From Okamejei kenojei (Eukaryota): a DNA stretch of 64,000 nucleotides. The notes below the pieces were generated by a model. The model worked only from the letters and a program-made list of their open reading frames with translations. It searched no databases and was not told the DNA's origin. Shown here piece by piece: positions 12,840 through 26,809 of this stretch (position 1 is its first letter; each line of letters starts with the position of its first letter). The DNA lies in assembly GCA_035221665.1 (NCBI GenBank), contig CM069162.1, forward strand, positions 25,544,001-25,608,000, given 5' to 3'. Position numbers and translations under genes: made by a program.

Positions 12840-13930
12840 ATCCCAGCGCCAGCCTCACACCCAGAAAGGTTCCGGAGTCCGAGCAAAGACGCAAGACACA
12901 CGCTGCTCGCGAAAAACCAGGAACACTTTCCGCAATTTAACCAGAGACCGAGCCCAGCGGCGCGAGTTTGGAAGAAAGGTCGGATTTGCTATTGTGTCAA
13001 CGCAGTTAGGATTGTGTGATTCACGCGGTCTATTCGGAAATCGCCGGAATCCTGTCCCTCTGAGCGAGAGGTGCCCATGGCTTGAGGACAATTTGACAAT
13101 TCGACACCATGAGGTACAAAGTGCACAAAGCCCTCCGGGCAGGAACGGGATGGAGAGTTAGAACTTTAATCCCTCTCCTCATTCTGATCGTACAACCACC
13201 TCATTCCACAGGTAAACCACTGGTCGGCGTTTCTGTTCTATTTGAGTGCGCGTTCTGGGACAAGTGAAAGTTTGACTGGACAGCGACTCCTTAGAGACCG
13301 CTGGGGGGATGTATGTTTTTCCTCATGTAATTTCACAGCGTTTAAACAGTTTAGACTAAGCACGCTTGAAGAGGAACTTTAATGGAAAACGTTGCCAGGA
13401 CGTGTGCTTTAAAAGAAAATATATAGTGCAGCAGGAAAAAAAAAGATCGCGAGCCGAGATTTATATTCAATCATATAGTTGCAAAGAATTATTGTAGCTA
13501 CATCAACGAGTCGTGGATGTCCGCTGATTATGTTGTTGTTACTCTTCTGTGGGGAGGGGGAGGGGTTACTTAGAGTCAGACCTTTCAGCTGCCGTGGGGC
13601 AGAGGTTTGTTGCGGTAGTAATGACCTCGCTGGGACCTCCGGCAGTGTTTGGCCGGACCTACAAGGCATGAGCCCGGCCCCCAAAACCAATCTAAACCCC
13701 AGGGAGTACTGAACAACAAGAGGCAGGGCAACTTCCCGATCTCGCACTAATCGGACCGTTCGATCTGAAACCGATGCCATGGATCCCCAGGAAAAAGCGG
13801 GAGCGGAGCCTTGGCGTCTTGTGAATGCAGACGGCGAATGCGCTGCTCACTTGTGTAGGAGCCGTTACTTGGCAACCCCGGTGCGAAGCCGAGCGAACCC
13901 CCCTGGACTCGCCTCATGGCCTATGATGTC
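12840..13930 (+). promoter_or_regulatory. CpG-rich promoter/first-exon region of the mucin-domain gene
   Basis: Locally high CpG density in non-repetitive sequence against a CpG-poor background; surrounds the signal-peptide exon. Judged by eye, not computed. Confidence 0.55.
13109..13211 (+). CDS. First coding exon (signal peptide) of a secreted or membrane mucin-like glycoprotein
   Basis: Kozak context acaccATGa. Encodes MRYKVHKALRAGTGWRVRTLIPLLILIVQPPHST+g (basic n-region, hydrophobic h-region). Donor CAG|GTAAAC is phase 1, matching the phase-1 acceptor at 48426. Confidence 0.72.
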
Positions 13931-16863
13931 CATCCAATTCCAATGACCACTTTAGGATTCACTGAGCTCACCAGCTAATCATGTTAAAGTTCCCCTTCAA
14001 ATCCCTCCCTGTTCTTACACCTCCCAGTTTCAGTTACTTTTTGCAAACCCACTAGAGGACTTTGTGTTCCTGACTTTTTCCACCCCACCGTTGTTGGGTG
14101 TGCAAAAAAAAACTCTGAAACTTCCTCCGTCTACTTCCCACTCCTCACTCCTCAAACACTATCGCTTTAACCAAACTTTGGTTAAATGTACTTTCATAAC
14201 AAATCAGATACCACTCCTGTTTAGCCCTTCAGGGATGTATTATGATGTGAAATGAGAAGGATCTGGACCAGAGGAATCTGAGCAAGTGTGACTTTTCCTG
14301 TCTGGGAGACCTTTCCGAGAACGGTCAGACAATCGCGTCTATCTCAACAATGCGTCTCCCTTGCTGAAGGTGCCATGGGTTTCCAGCGCCCAGCAGAAAA
14401 CACACTCTGAACCCTCAGCAAATGGACTTGAATCCATGCCCTAAAGCTCTAAACTGACCGAGGTAACATTTTCCATTCGAGGAAGTTGACTTTCTGATTT
14501 CCATCTCCTCCAAATCAGAGAATTTGGGAAATGTTCTCCAGCACATTGATTTCTGAGACTCTAATATCAGACTTTTATAAAGCTGCTTGGTTTTTCAGAG
14601 CATTAATGTTAATGACATAAAAATCCAATAGATCTGCCAAAGAGCAAGGCAGACTTACCTAATGCCTTTCATTCCAAAGCACAATCTAATCAAGTTAACA
14701 ATTTTTAATTGTAGCCCCTGGTGTACTGTAGGATATAAGATGGTGTGGGAGACAGTTGTGTACAGCAAACATCCACAAAATGTAATTAGATAAATCGCTA
14801 AATAATAAATAGTTTGAGGAATTGATGCTGAGCAGGACTCTGAAAATCTTGTACATTTCTTCAAGAAAGCAACTTGGGATCTTCTACACTTCCCACAACC
14901 CGAGAGGGCACTTGGTGTAATCTCATTTAGAGTATAACACTAAAGACAGATGAGGACTTCCTCAGCATTGCACAGAATTCCCAGTCAGCTCTATAGATAG
15001 ACAGATGTTTGTGGGTTCAGTCAGAGTGCACCCACAAACATAGGACTTTGTCCATTTGAGCCAGACGAACAGTGCTGGGGGTGTAAGGGGTTTGAAAGAA
15101 TCACCAGCCTATTCCCAACATGGATAGGAAAGGTTTAGAGGGACAAGGCCAAATGCAAGTCAATGGGATTAGCTTAGACAAGGCATCTTGGTCAGCATGG
15201 ACAAGTTGGAGCCAAAAGGCCTGTTTCCGCGCTGTACGACTATGACACTAACAAAGAAAATCTTTCTCATTATCTTGCAAATGATATGTACCTTGGGAAA
15301 GGGCAATCTTTCTTTGGGATGATTATATGTCAGCTGTGATACTGAATTTCCTGCTGAAATACAGTAAAAACTATCAGTAGTTTGCTGTTTGTTTATATTT
15401 TGAATGGGGCAAGTTTTAAACTCCATTAACATTGATAAATAACAACAAAGTTTCCATTCAGAACAGTCTCCAATGTTACGCATGACTGTTTCAGATGATA
15501 AATTAGCCACATTTCTGAACAATGACTGAACTACCATTTTCCATACTGAAGTCACAGTTTCATAGTTATACATTGGACAAAGTTCAGCCATTATTGCTAA
15601 ACAGTTTTACCTTTGGCAAGAATCAGGCAAGGAATGATTTATGAAAGTATAGTTTGTTGCTGGATAACAAATAATTGTTATTGTCTGATAGAGTCTAGCA
15701 TTATTGGACATTTCATACTTTGAAATTCCAAAGTACTGTGGCATCTGCGTTGCCTTCCATGCTGAACTCACAGATAGAGCTACTGCACATCAGGGGCAAC
15801 ATATCAACAACAATTATCTTCAGCTAGCCTGCAGTCTAAATTGCTCCTTTTTACACCATAGATCTTGGTGTATTCTGTTGGGCTGCCAGTAATTGTGGGT
15901 AAACTCTATCCCTCACCATATCTTCTGGTTATGCAGGGGTGTCCACTGAAATCGTAGAAAGATTCTGATTCCAGGTGGAGTGGTGGAAATGAAACCTTGA
16001 GAATTGCTCACAATATGGCTCAATGAAATTAGCTTCAACTGGGGAGTAAGAATATGGCGGGGTGGTAATGGGGCAAGTTTGGTATGGAGATGGGGATAGA
16101 TGTGTTTTGAGATCTGAAAATATGATTGGAATTGAGTAGGTTTTGCCACAGTCTATGTTTGATGTGGAGGATGCTGTTGGTTGATGATTGTCACGGCCAC
16201 CAAGATACAGTGAAAAACTTTGTTTTGTGTACTATCCAGGGAAATCATACCATTTATAAGTACAATCATACTCGCTACATTAGTACAACAGGCAGCGTGA
16301 AAAAAAAGGAAATAAAGAGAGAGCAGAATAGTGTTAGAGCTACAGAGAAAATGCATATAAAAAAAATAATTCAAGGACCACTCTAAGATGGATTGGGAGG
16401 TCGGGAGTACATCCTTAGCACACGGGAGGTCCATCTGTTTCTCCCTATTCTACTTCTAAATTGCAGATTGCTTATGCTGATACTGTGACTCCTGGTTCAG
16501 GATTCAGCTTGGTGGTGGTGGGGTGGGGAATTTGGTTAACATTGCTCATATAGTTGCAAAGAATTAAGTGAAGACAAAAGCCAACCTAAAAAATAAATGT
16601 TTTTCACATTTCTGCTTCCTCCTGGAACATTGATGTTAAAACCATCCTGAGGGTTCTCAGCTGTCCCTTTTATGTAGGGTTAGGGGTTTGCAATTAGGCT
16701 GTCCCCACCTCCAGATCCTTCCGAATATGAAATTTAGTCAATCTCTTAACCTTTTAAAACAAATTGTGTTCTTCTGGTCATTCAACCGAATGAGATCATT
16801 TCACCCTTACTTCACTGAACCTATATCACTTCTTGCTTCGTCACCCGAACAATCAACATCCCT

Positions 16864-17206
16864 TAGATAGACACAAAAAGCTGGAGTAGCTCAGCGGGTC
16901 AGGCAGCATTTCTGGAGAAAAGGAATGTGATGTTTTGGGTCGAGACCCTTCTTCAGACTCAGTGGAAAGGGAAATTAGAGATATAGAAGGTAAATAGAAC
17001 AAATGAACGAAACATATGCAAAAAGCTGCGATGATCAAGGAATGGTGGAGCCCACAATGATCCATTGCTGGCCGTGGGATAGGTGAAAACGAGTTATACA
17101 GTGAAACTCAACAGGACGACGGTGAAACGAGTACAATGACTAGGGTGGGGGAGGGACGCAGAGAGAGGGGATGCAAAGGTTACTTGAAGTCAGAGACATC
17201 AATATT
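16864..17206 (-). repeat. Penelope-like element 3' terminal remnant
   Basis: Homologous to 25680-25980 (ORF end ...NIDFSNFK*). Carries the ctgaagaagggtctcgacccaaaac motif. Confidence 0.6.
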
Positions 17207-17664
17207 GTACTTTGCAGACTAATGCCAGATGATTGGCCTTTTGCTTTCCATTTTTGTTTCTTCCTTCTTTTTTGGTGTGGTGGGAGTATCATTTGTTAGC
17301 TTCCAATCATTGGATTCATTCTAAATTCAAGAGAATTCTGTAATCATTACTGAAACTACTTACTTTTAAATCCTAAGGCTTGGCATCTCAAATCTGAAGA
17401 ATTTATCAGCTATTTGGTTTGACTCATTTCTCCAGTATTAAATTAAATTTAAGTTCCTCATTCTCTTTTTTTTAATCACATTTTGAGTATCTTTCCCGAA
17501 TGTCAAGTTACTGCAATATTTATTTCCCAAATTTTGTCATCCTGTGTCAAGTAGTCCCATCCTTGTTATGGTTACTTGAGCCAACTCTTTTATCTTCAAA
17601 TGCACATCAAGAAATAGAACTTCCATATTTAAGAGAGACACAAGCAACAACAAATTAGACAGTA

Positions 17665-18468
17665 GACAATAAACAATGGGTGCAGCAGTAGACCATTCTG
17701 CCCCTCAAGCCAGCACCGCCATTCAATGTGATCACGGCTGATCACCCACAATCAGTACCCCGTTCCTGCCTTCTTCCCATATCCCTTGATTCCGCTACCT
17801 TTAAGAGCTCTGTCTAGCTCTCTCTTAAAAGCATCTAGAGAACCAGCTTTTACCGCCCTCTTTGGCAGAGAATTCCACAGACTCACAACTCTCTGTGTGA
17901 AAAAGATTTTCCTCATCTCTGTTCTAAATGGCTTACCCCTTATTCTTAAACTGTGGCCCCTGGTTCTGGACTCCCCCAACATCGGGAACATGTTTCCTGC
18001 CTCTAGTGTGTCCAAACCCTTAATAATCTTATATGTTTCAATAATATATCCTCTCATCCTTCTAAATTCCAGAGTATATAAGCCCAGCCGCTCCATTCTA
18101 TCAACATATGACAGTCCCGCCAAGCCGGGAATTAACCTGGTGAACCTGCGCTGCACTCCCTCAATAGCAAGAGCATCCTTCCTCAAATTGCGAGACCAAA
18201 TCTGCACACAACACTCCGAGTGTGGTCTCACTAGGGCCCTGAACAACTGCAGAAGGACCTCTTTGCTCCTATACTCAACTCCTCTAGTCATGAAGGCCAG
18301 CATGCCATTTGCTTTCTTTACTGCCTGCTGTACCTGCATGCTTACTTTTATTGACTGATGAACAAGGATCCCCAGATCCCGTTGTACTTCCCCTTTGTCC
18401 AACTTGATTCCATTTAGATAATAAGCAGCCTTCCTGTTTTTGCCACCAAAGTGGATAACCTCACATTT
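17665..18468 (-). mobile_element. CR1 LINE 3' fragment (RT C-terminal region)
   Basis: ORF 17752-18402: RDLGILV...KKANGML...LVRPHSECCVQIW...VQRRFTRLIP...TRGHSL...WNSLP, followed by a 3' UTR and (ttgtcta)-type tail. Confidence 0.9.
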
Positions 18469-18495
18469 ATTTTTCTATTTCATATTTATAATTAA

Positions 18496-19227
18496 CTCGA
18501 CCAGTGTGGTCCCATTGGGCCCGGTCTCCCAAGGCAATATTCCACCACTGACCCATAGGCACCAACTGCGCAGGTGCGGCTGACGGGTTCTTGTTGTGAC
18601 GCCAGAGATCCCCGTTGAGACACAAGTCACAGCAACCCTCCCCCAACTGCACAGATGCGGCCGCAAGTGGAAGCGCGATTGCGACGATTTTAAAATTCAA
18701 AATGGCAATAACCTGTAAAATATAAGATCAATGTGAATGCATCTCTTTCTCCCTCTTCAGTCCCCTATTCCCGTCCTCCATGATCCTCCATCCCCACCCT
18801 CCACTGCTTTCTCCCCTCACCCCTCCCTCCATTCCATTTCCCCTCCGTTCCCCAGAACTCCCTCCCCCTCCTCTTCACCCTCCCTCTTCTTTCCCCTCTC
18901 CTCCTCCACTCCCTCCCTCACCTCTCTCTCCCTCTCCTTTCCCCTACCCTCAGTCACTCCCTCCCTCCATAACCCCTCTCCCCTTCCTGTCCCCCTGCTC
19001 CCCCTCTCCTCACCTCCCCCTATCCCATCCCATACTCTCCCTTCCCACCATCCCCACTCCCGCTTCCTCTCCCATTATCCCCCCTCCTCCCCCACACTCC
19101 TCACCTCCCCCACTTTCTCCTCCCTCTCCCTCCCTACCCCCTCCTCTCCGTGTACTGTTTTGGCGGAGTTTCAGGATCACGCATACAAACAAACAAACAA
19201 GATGAGAATTTTGGTAATATATATAGA
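18496..19227 (-). mobile_element. Probable non-autonomous Helitron with an internal C-rich low-complexity tract
   Basis: Minus strand starts a|TCTATATATATT, has a (TTTG)n microsatellite near the 5' end, an imperfect subterminal hairpin (ggcccaatgggacc), and ends CGAG|t (one mismatch from CTAG). No TSD. Confidence 0.55.
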
Positions 19228-20387
19228 TTTCACCAATGTTGCCTTGATAGCTAAAGTCACTTCAACTACATCAAATTCTTTGACCACTATTTGATTTTAA
19301 AACCATTGCTCCGCTGTACTCTGGTCTCTTTTCTTTAGCTCGGGAATCAGTAACCAGGAATCACCAATTTAAATCTGCCATTGAATGAGGGTAAAGATTA
19401 GGGGAAGGTTGTTTATGCAAAGCTGTTGGAATACGAAATATTTTGTCATAAAAATGGCCGAGGCAAAGATGAATGGGACATTAGGACATATTTGAAGTGT
19501 TAGAAGATGAAAGTTAATGGAAAGAGAACAGAGCAGTAGGGTTAGGTCAGTATGAAGCCCCTAGCTGAAAAGTTATCTGTCCATTCCCTCCACAGATGCT
19601 GCTGGATCCAGAGTTCCTCCAGTACTTTGTGTTTTTCCCATGATTCCAGCAGCTGTAATTTCATGTGTCTCCAGGGTTAGTTTTCGATTGTTCTTCTGAA
19701 GATTTGAAAGAGAGATGAGGAGCTCAATGGTTTTCTCCTGTGTGATAAATTTAAATGACTCTGTGAGCTTAATTTTGACTTTGGGCAAGTATACTACAAT
19801 CAGGGGAACCAAAGCAAAGCCATTTGATTCCAATGTTCAACACTCAATGGTTCTGTTGTTCAGCGGTCACCTGGATTTTAACGCTAACGTCAGAAAGACC
19901 GATAATGAGTTTGGAAATAAACATGAAACTTGGCCCAGTAATAACAGTTGCAATGACAAAGACTGATATCTCTATACACTAGGTAATGTAAGTAAACAAG
20001 TTTGCACCCTTTACAAGCATAAGAAATTCAAGATAAGTCTGAGTCTGATATATCTCCAGCCTTAATTGGTGCTACTCCCTGTGCATTACTTATAGTTGAT
20101 CTCTCACAATGCATTTCTCAGTCTATCAATTTGAAATATATATTAAGAAGCAATGGTACAGATATAAGCAACTAACTAAGGAGAGATTGAACAGTTACTC
20201 TGCCCCTTCAATTCACCTCTCTGTTGCTGTAGTACGGGCTGGCGGCTCTTCATTACTTCACCATGATATTTCACCCAGCAATCCCGAAGTTCATACGAAT
20301 GCAATTTGCAACTTCTCGTTGGACAGAGGTCAGGAGACATTTTTGTATTGTTCACACAGAGATCTCATTACCTTATTACTTCTTCAC

Positions 20388-20700
20388 TGGGGCAGCACAG
20401 TGGCACGATTGGTAGACCTGTTGCCTCACAGTGCCAAAGACCCGGGTTCAATCCTGACCTCAGGTGTTGAATTTGCCCATATGGAATTTGCATATTCTCC
20501 CTGTGACAGTGTGGGTTTCCTCCGGGAGCTCTGGTCTCCTTCCACATCCCGCATGTCAGTTTGCTGGTTAATTGGCCTCTGTAAATTGCCCCTATTGTGT
20601 AGGGAGTGGGAAGGTGGGAAAACATTGAACTAGCGTGATCGATGGTTAGTGTGGACGCAGTGGGCCGAAATACCTAGTTCCATGCTGTATCTCTAAACAA
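20388..20700 (+). mobile_element. tRNA-derived SINE (HE1/V-SINE-like)
   Basis: A box (gtggcacgattgg), B box (gggttcaatcc), central gtgggtttcctccgggagctctggt, and a CR1-like tail tgggccgaa...tccatgctgtatctct. Confidence 0.8.
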
Positions 20701-21349
20701 AAAAACTTGACATCATCTAAATCACTGCAAATCTGGCAGCATCCTGCTCCAGGATCTTCAGTACTCTGTTTTATACAGATTCCTTTAAAGAAAAACACTT
20801 TTGATCAAGATGGAAGGCACGCTGAAATGCAGCAAAATACCAAAACCTTCTACTGTTTGGAAAGGCTTGACCTGGATATTTGGTAGGAAAGAGTTGGGAG
20901 AAGGTTGATCTCATTAACAAAGTGATTACTGTAATTCCAAACCTCTCCAGGAGAGGCGCAGAGTTAGTGAGAGGTTGCACCATCAGCAGAGCAGGGCTCC
21001 ATGGGTTCATGGGAGGACAAAAGGGGCAAGCTGGCCCATAATCCCTGTAGTGGATCTCCGAGCAGGAAGCAGGGAGAATTGGATGTCTCTCTCAATGTAC
21101 TGGAGTAATTTGGTTCTTATGATATGTAGTCTATTCTTTTTTTATTGGATAGACTGTACATTCCAGTTCATGCACATATGCTACATAAAAATACTTCCTT
21201 TTGTAATCTATAGGTTTTCTGTCAAATAACTTAAATCTGTGACCTCCTGTGGTTACTGACATTTCCAGCACATTTCTAAAGCGGATACCAAGATTTGGAA
21301 ACAATATTCCAGCTGCTTTAATTTCCAGGAAGGAAATTAAACCAAAACC

Positions 21350-21529
21350 AGACACAAAAGCTGGTGGAACTCAGCGGGTCGAACAGCATCTCTGGAGAAA
21401 AGGAATAGGTGACATTTCGGGTCGAGACAGTTCTTCAGACTGAAGAAGGATCTCGACCTGAAATGTCACCCATTCCTTTTCTCCAGAGATGCTGTCTGAC
21501 CTGCTGAGTTACTCCAGCTTTTTGTGTCT
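21350..21529. repeat. ~180-bp imperfect palindrome of Penelope-derived terminal repeat
   Basis: Arms agacacaaaagctgg...ttcttcag and ctgaagaa...ccagctttttgtgtct are reverse complements around ~21439. Confidence 0.8.
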
Positions 21530-23119
21530 ACCTTTGATATAATTTCTGCTGGATAGAGGGCCATTGTTTCAAAGGAGCATTCATATCCAGTTGCAGCACT
21601 GTTTATACTACTTTTATTTCCTCTTCTATTCATTCCCTCCGCTGAAGGTGCTGACTCTCCCTGGGGTCTGGACCCCACCCCTGAAGGTGCTGAATTTCAC
21701 TGCAATCCATTGTAAGGCTGATAAATGTGAGCATCAGACTACAACAGGAGATTCCATTCAGCACGGGCACACTACTTGCATCAGAGGAGTGTGAGGTGAT
21801 AGATTTGTCCACTAAAGACTGTGATTCTTTTCTAAAATATATGAGGTATTCTGGTTAGAATGAAGGCATGCACTTTCATTCCTTCCAGGATGTAGAAGCT
21901 GTAAAAGGCCAATTTCCATTTTTACAGTCCACTCCTGCTGAGGCCATTGTTCATGCGAATGAACAATACAAAGTGAACCATCTAATATGTCAGTAAACGT
22001 TTCCCAGTTTGCCCTTAGTCAGCAGCTGGCTATGAAATATTCTGCATGTCTTTCACTGGGAAACCAATGAAAACAGCAAGTAAATATACTGCCGCCTACA
22101 GTGTACTTAGTTAGAAAGAGGGAAGAGATGAAATGGAGGACGTTTTGTCCAACAACTGGGTGTGTTTTAAAATTCTTCAGTTTCATGGAGGTATGGAAAT
22201 GGTTTGGGTTGAAGAGTGATAACTACAACAGCTCTCAAATGCAATTCACCCCTCCCCCTCCCCACACACACCTTCACCTGTGCAAAGAGATGAAATGAAC
22301 CAAGTAGCAAATTAGCCTCAGACAGTTAAAAACATAAAAATGAAGAAAATTAAGTAATGTTTTCTATAACCATTCCTTGCCTGTCTACTTTGGTGTAATG
22401 TGGAGGGGGGGGGGGGGGGGGGGTAGATGCAAAACACATTCTCAAAATTCCCTTAACAAAGATTTCAATGGAACCCGAGGGGCACCTTTTTCACACAGTG
22501 GGCGATGCATATATGGAACAAGCTGCCACAGGAGGTGGTTAAGGCAGGTACCATAACAGCATTTAAAATGCAGGACATTTGGACAGGTACATGGATAGGA
22601 AAGATTTAGAGGGATATGAGCCAAAAGCAGGCAGGTGGGACTAGCTGAGATGGGACATTTCGGTCAACTGGGGGGTGTTGAGCAAAAGACCTGTTTCCAT
22701 GCTCTGTGACTCCAGGAGAACGACTACGGAAGTGTAAGAGAGGAGTATGGAGGGGTTTACAAACTAATTTTATAAAGTACACAATGCTTGCTGCTTCATT
22801 TGCTGAGCATGTATTGAGCCAGTGGAGAAAGGTGAATGAGTAGCTGCAGGATATTTGGATAACCAGAAAATATTCTTTGAACTGCCACAGAGCAGGTATA
22901 TAGCAATCTACTATGCTCATGGTGACACACATGCCTGGAGATGCTGCAATCTTAATCATAAAACAAACATCTGGAAGAACTCAGCAGATCAGGTGACATT
23001 TGTGGAGAGAATGGGCAGATGATGTTTCAGGTCAGGACTGATCCAATTGAATGGATTACATGTATTGTAGCCAAGTTTTCTGATTGTACAAAGGAAGCAA
23101 TAAAGACAGTTGTGAGGAG

Positions 23120-24210
23120 AATCTTACAACCCAATGGTATGAACATTGAATTCTACAATTTTAGGTAAACAAACCCCCCCCCCCCTTTCACCCCACCCTC
23201 CCCCCGTTTTATTTTCCGCCCCTCTCCTGTACTCTACCTAGACTCTTACCAATTTCTCCCCTTCCATTCCATCAACATTCCTAGCTTTATAATTCGCAAC
23301 ACCTTTTGTATTTTCATCTCTGACCTTTATCCATTCTGTCTACGAACCCCCCTCCACAACCTCACCTGTATCTGCCTATCACCTATCTATGTTCTCCAGA
23401 GATACTGCCTGACCCGCTGAGTTACTCCAGCATTTTCTGTCTTTTGTTTAAACCAGCACTTGGTTTCTTCATTTGCTCTCACTCGTTCATCTCTGGTTCT
23501 TCCCTTTTACACATTCAGTTGCATAGCCTCCTTCTCCAGTGTGAGGCCACTCGACACACCTTCCCCTCCCATCCTCTTTCACCAATCCAATGGGATCATT
23601 CACTCTGAGCCAAGCTGGTCCACTTGTCAATGATCCCAACACCCTCTTTCCTTCCTGACCTATTATGGTATGTACATGCAGGAGATGAAACACCTGTTTC
23701 ACCTTCTACTTTGCATTGCCAAGGGCCCAAACACTTCTTCCAGGAGAAACTGTGATTTACTTCTTGTATTTGCAAGTTGGAATACCATATGCTCTTCTTA
23801 TGGTACAATCATAACACATGTAGGATGACAAGTGCACACTTGTGACCTCTAGGTTCTGGTCATGCGTCACTTTAATCTTCTGCTCACTTCAACTCCAGTT
23901 CTCCTGCAGGGTTCCAATGAAGCTCAACATAAACTTTCAATAAAACCTTCTGGGTTCAACACTGAGTTTGAGAGTGATTCTGCTATTTCCACTTCCATCC
24001 CTTCAAGACTCGCTCTTACCTTGTTACTGATTCTGCTACCATTCCTTTGCCTTGCATCATCATCCCTGTTATCATTTATTGTTTTGCCCCTTTCACAGGC
24101 TTTGATCTTGTCTTCCCATCACACTTGCACATCACTAACAAGTTCAACGTTTCTCTGTACTGCCATTGCCTGATCTGCTGAGCATTTCTGCCATTCTATG
24201 TTTTTATGTC
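23120..24210 (+). mobile_element. Degenerate Penelope-like (GIY-YIG) remnants
   Basis: ORF-end motifs QPNGMNIEFYNF (~23128) and KPSGFNTEF (~23943), with upstream PKHFFQ and HFN fragments. Each is followed by the same terminal repeat. Confidence 0.55.
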
Positions 24211-25989
24211 AAAAATAGCTATTGATTTTCAGCTGTTAGTAAGTAAGTAAGTTTATTGGCCAAGTATTCACATACAAGGAATTTGCCTTGGTGATTGCTG
24301 TTATCTGAAGAAGGGATTAAGATTTAAACGTTTTTAATCTATTGCATGCTATGTTTATTTCAGTTCTGTTTCCTCTTAAGACTTACTGATTTACGTCAAT
24401 AAAGTTACTAAATTCTGAAGCTGCTGCTGCGTTATGTGCTTAGTCTTTTGATGTACTGATACTGTATTCCTTTTAATTGTTTTAGTAACTATTACTTTGA
24501 AAGTTATTTTTGAATGTATTTTTCCTGTGTATTGTGGTAAATGATTTGTGTCTGAAAGAAATATTCAGCTGGTTTGAGATGTAGAATTTAGTGATCATTT
24601 GTTCACCACACTGGGGATGTGATTGCTCAGAGGATGGTGCATAAGAGATTCACCCGGATGTTGCCTGAGATGGAATGATTTAGCCATGAGAAGGACTGGA
24701 TAGACTGGGCTTGTTTTCTATTATATATTTTTTACAGATTAGTATGAACAAGGGTCCCACCAGAAAACATAATCTGTCCATTCCTTTTACACATGCTGCC
24801 TGACCTGCTAAGTTCTTCAGCACTTTGCGTTTTGATCAAGATTTCAGCATCTGCAGTTCCTTGTGTCTCCTCTTTTGTTTTCCTTCGAGAAGGTTGAAAG
24901 GACACATGATCAAATATGAGGATGGATCATGAGAATCCTTTTACTTTAGTAGGAACCAGAAGGCAGCGGGAAGAGCTAAGAGAATGAGAGAGTATTTTTT
25001 CTCCCCGAGGGTGATTGAAATCTGGAAAGTACTAACTGTGGTGATGGTGGAGGCTGGTACTCTCACCTTATTTAAAAGATGAGCAAAGAGGACCATAGAC
25101 CAAGTGCTGGGAAATTGGATTAGTATTGCTCGCTGGGCCAAACAGCCTGTTTCCATATTGTATGACTCTATACCTGACAGACTTTGATGAAAGGTGCAGC
25201 TTCAAATGGAATTTTTATCAACACAGACTGTTAAAGTGGAACTATCTATCAGCAAAATCTCTTATCAGCAAATGGATTAGCTCCTTCAGAGAGGAGAAGC
25301 GTGACATGCTGATTTTAAGAGTATTTGATGGCTATGTTAAGGACAGGTCATTCACCCCTCTCACAATTCACCTCAGGCATGGTCACCCACTTTCAACCTC
25401 TGTTTTATAATTCCTACCATTATCATTTTAGTTATAATGTCAGAGTATTCAGCATGGAAACAGGCCCTTCGGAGCAGCTTGCCCATGCCAACCAAAGTGC
25501 CTCAGCTACATTAGTCCCACCTGCACGCTTTTGGCCCATGTTCCTCTAAATCATTCTTATCCATAATCAAATGTCTTTTAAATGTTATTATAGTTTCTGC
25601 CTCAACTATTTCCTCTGGCCGCTCATTACATGTATCCACCACCCTCTGTGTGAAAAGGTTGCTGATTAGATTCCGCTTACAACTCAGCGGTATGAATATT
25701 GATTTCTCTAACTTCAAGTAACACTTGCTTTCCCTCTCTCTCTGTCCCTCTCTCACCCTAGTTCTTTGACTAGTTTCACTGTCCTTCTGATTAATTTTAC
25801 TGATTGTATGCCTCGTTGTCACCTTCCCCTCATCTAACTGAATCATTCTACATTTCCTTATTTTGTCTGCTTTGATCTGTTGTTTCACACCTTACCCTTC
25901 CATATCTGTAGTCTCGACCCAAAATGTCACCCATTCCTTCTCTCCAGAGATGCTGCCTGTCCCGCTGAGTTACTCCAGCATTAAGATCT

Positions 25990-26457
25990 TATGTAACTTT
26001 GATAACCACTTTTATTATCGACAATACGCTCCACTATGCGCTATCATCTGGAAACTTACTAATCCTGCCTTGTACGTTCTCATGCAAATCGTTGATATAA
26101 ACCACAAAAAGCAATGGGCACAGCACTGATCCTTGAGGCACTCCTCTAGTCACAGGCCTCCAGTCTGAAAAACAACCTTCTACCATCAACCTCTGCTGCA
26201 TTCCATGAAGCCAATTTTCTAGCCAGTCGGCTAGCTCACGCTGGATCCCATTTGATGTAATCTTCCAAAGCAGCTTACCACACGGTACCTTGTCCAATGC
26301 TTTGCTGAAATCCATATAGACAATATGTACATCTCTGCCGTCATCAACTTTATGATAATATATTCAAAAAACTCATTCAGATTCGTGAGACATGATCTCC
26401 CATCTACAAAATTGTGGTGACTATCCCTAATCAGTCCTAGTCTATCTAAATGCATGC
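25990..26457 (-). mobile_element. CR1 RT fragment, left part of the host split by the L1 insertion
   Basis: MHLDRLGLIRDSHH..GRSCLTNL; DFSKALDKVP; GVPQGSVLCPLLFVVYINDL; SKFPDD. Confidence 0.85.
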
Positions 26458-26809
26458 ATTTCTTTTTTTGTTTGTTTATTTTTGTTAGAAGTAATTACAA
26501 TAGTCTGGTACTTAAGTACCTAATACATAAATACATATTTTCATTCTTGTACAACTTCATACTTTTGGTTCAATAATAAAAGAACAGTGAGAGAAAAAAT
26601 AAATAAAGAGTGTCGGAATAGATAGACAAGCGAGTAGAAACAGAAAGTAAAAGAAATAAAGGACAGAGATGAGAAGTTAAAAGATTGAAAGAAAAGGAAA
26701 AAGTAAAGAAAAGAGAGATTAGGAGAGATCTACCTATCTCATATTTTTGCCCATCCGTCACCCAGTTCTAAACCATTTAATTTCTAAGGTTATATTATGT
26801 TGCACCATA

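Noticed and set aside
18737-19294. Pro/Ser-rich ORFs of 185 and 141 aa
   Set aside because: Artefact of a C/T low-complexity tract that lacks stop codons.
20388-20470. tRNA gene
   Set aside because: A/B boxes continue into a SINE body and LINE-derived tail, and no full cloverleaf is evident.
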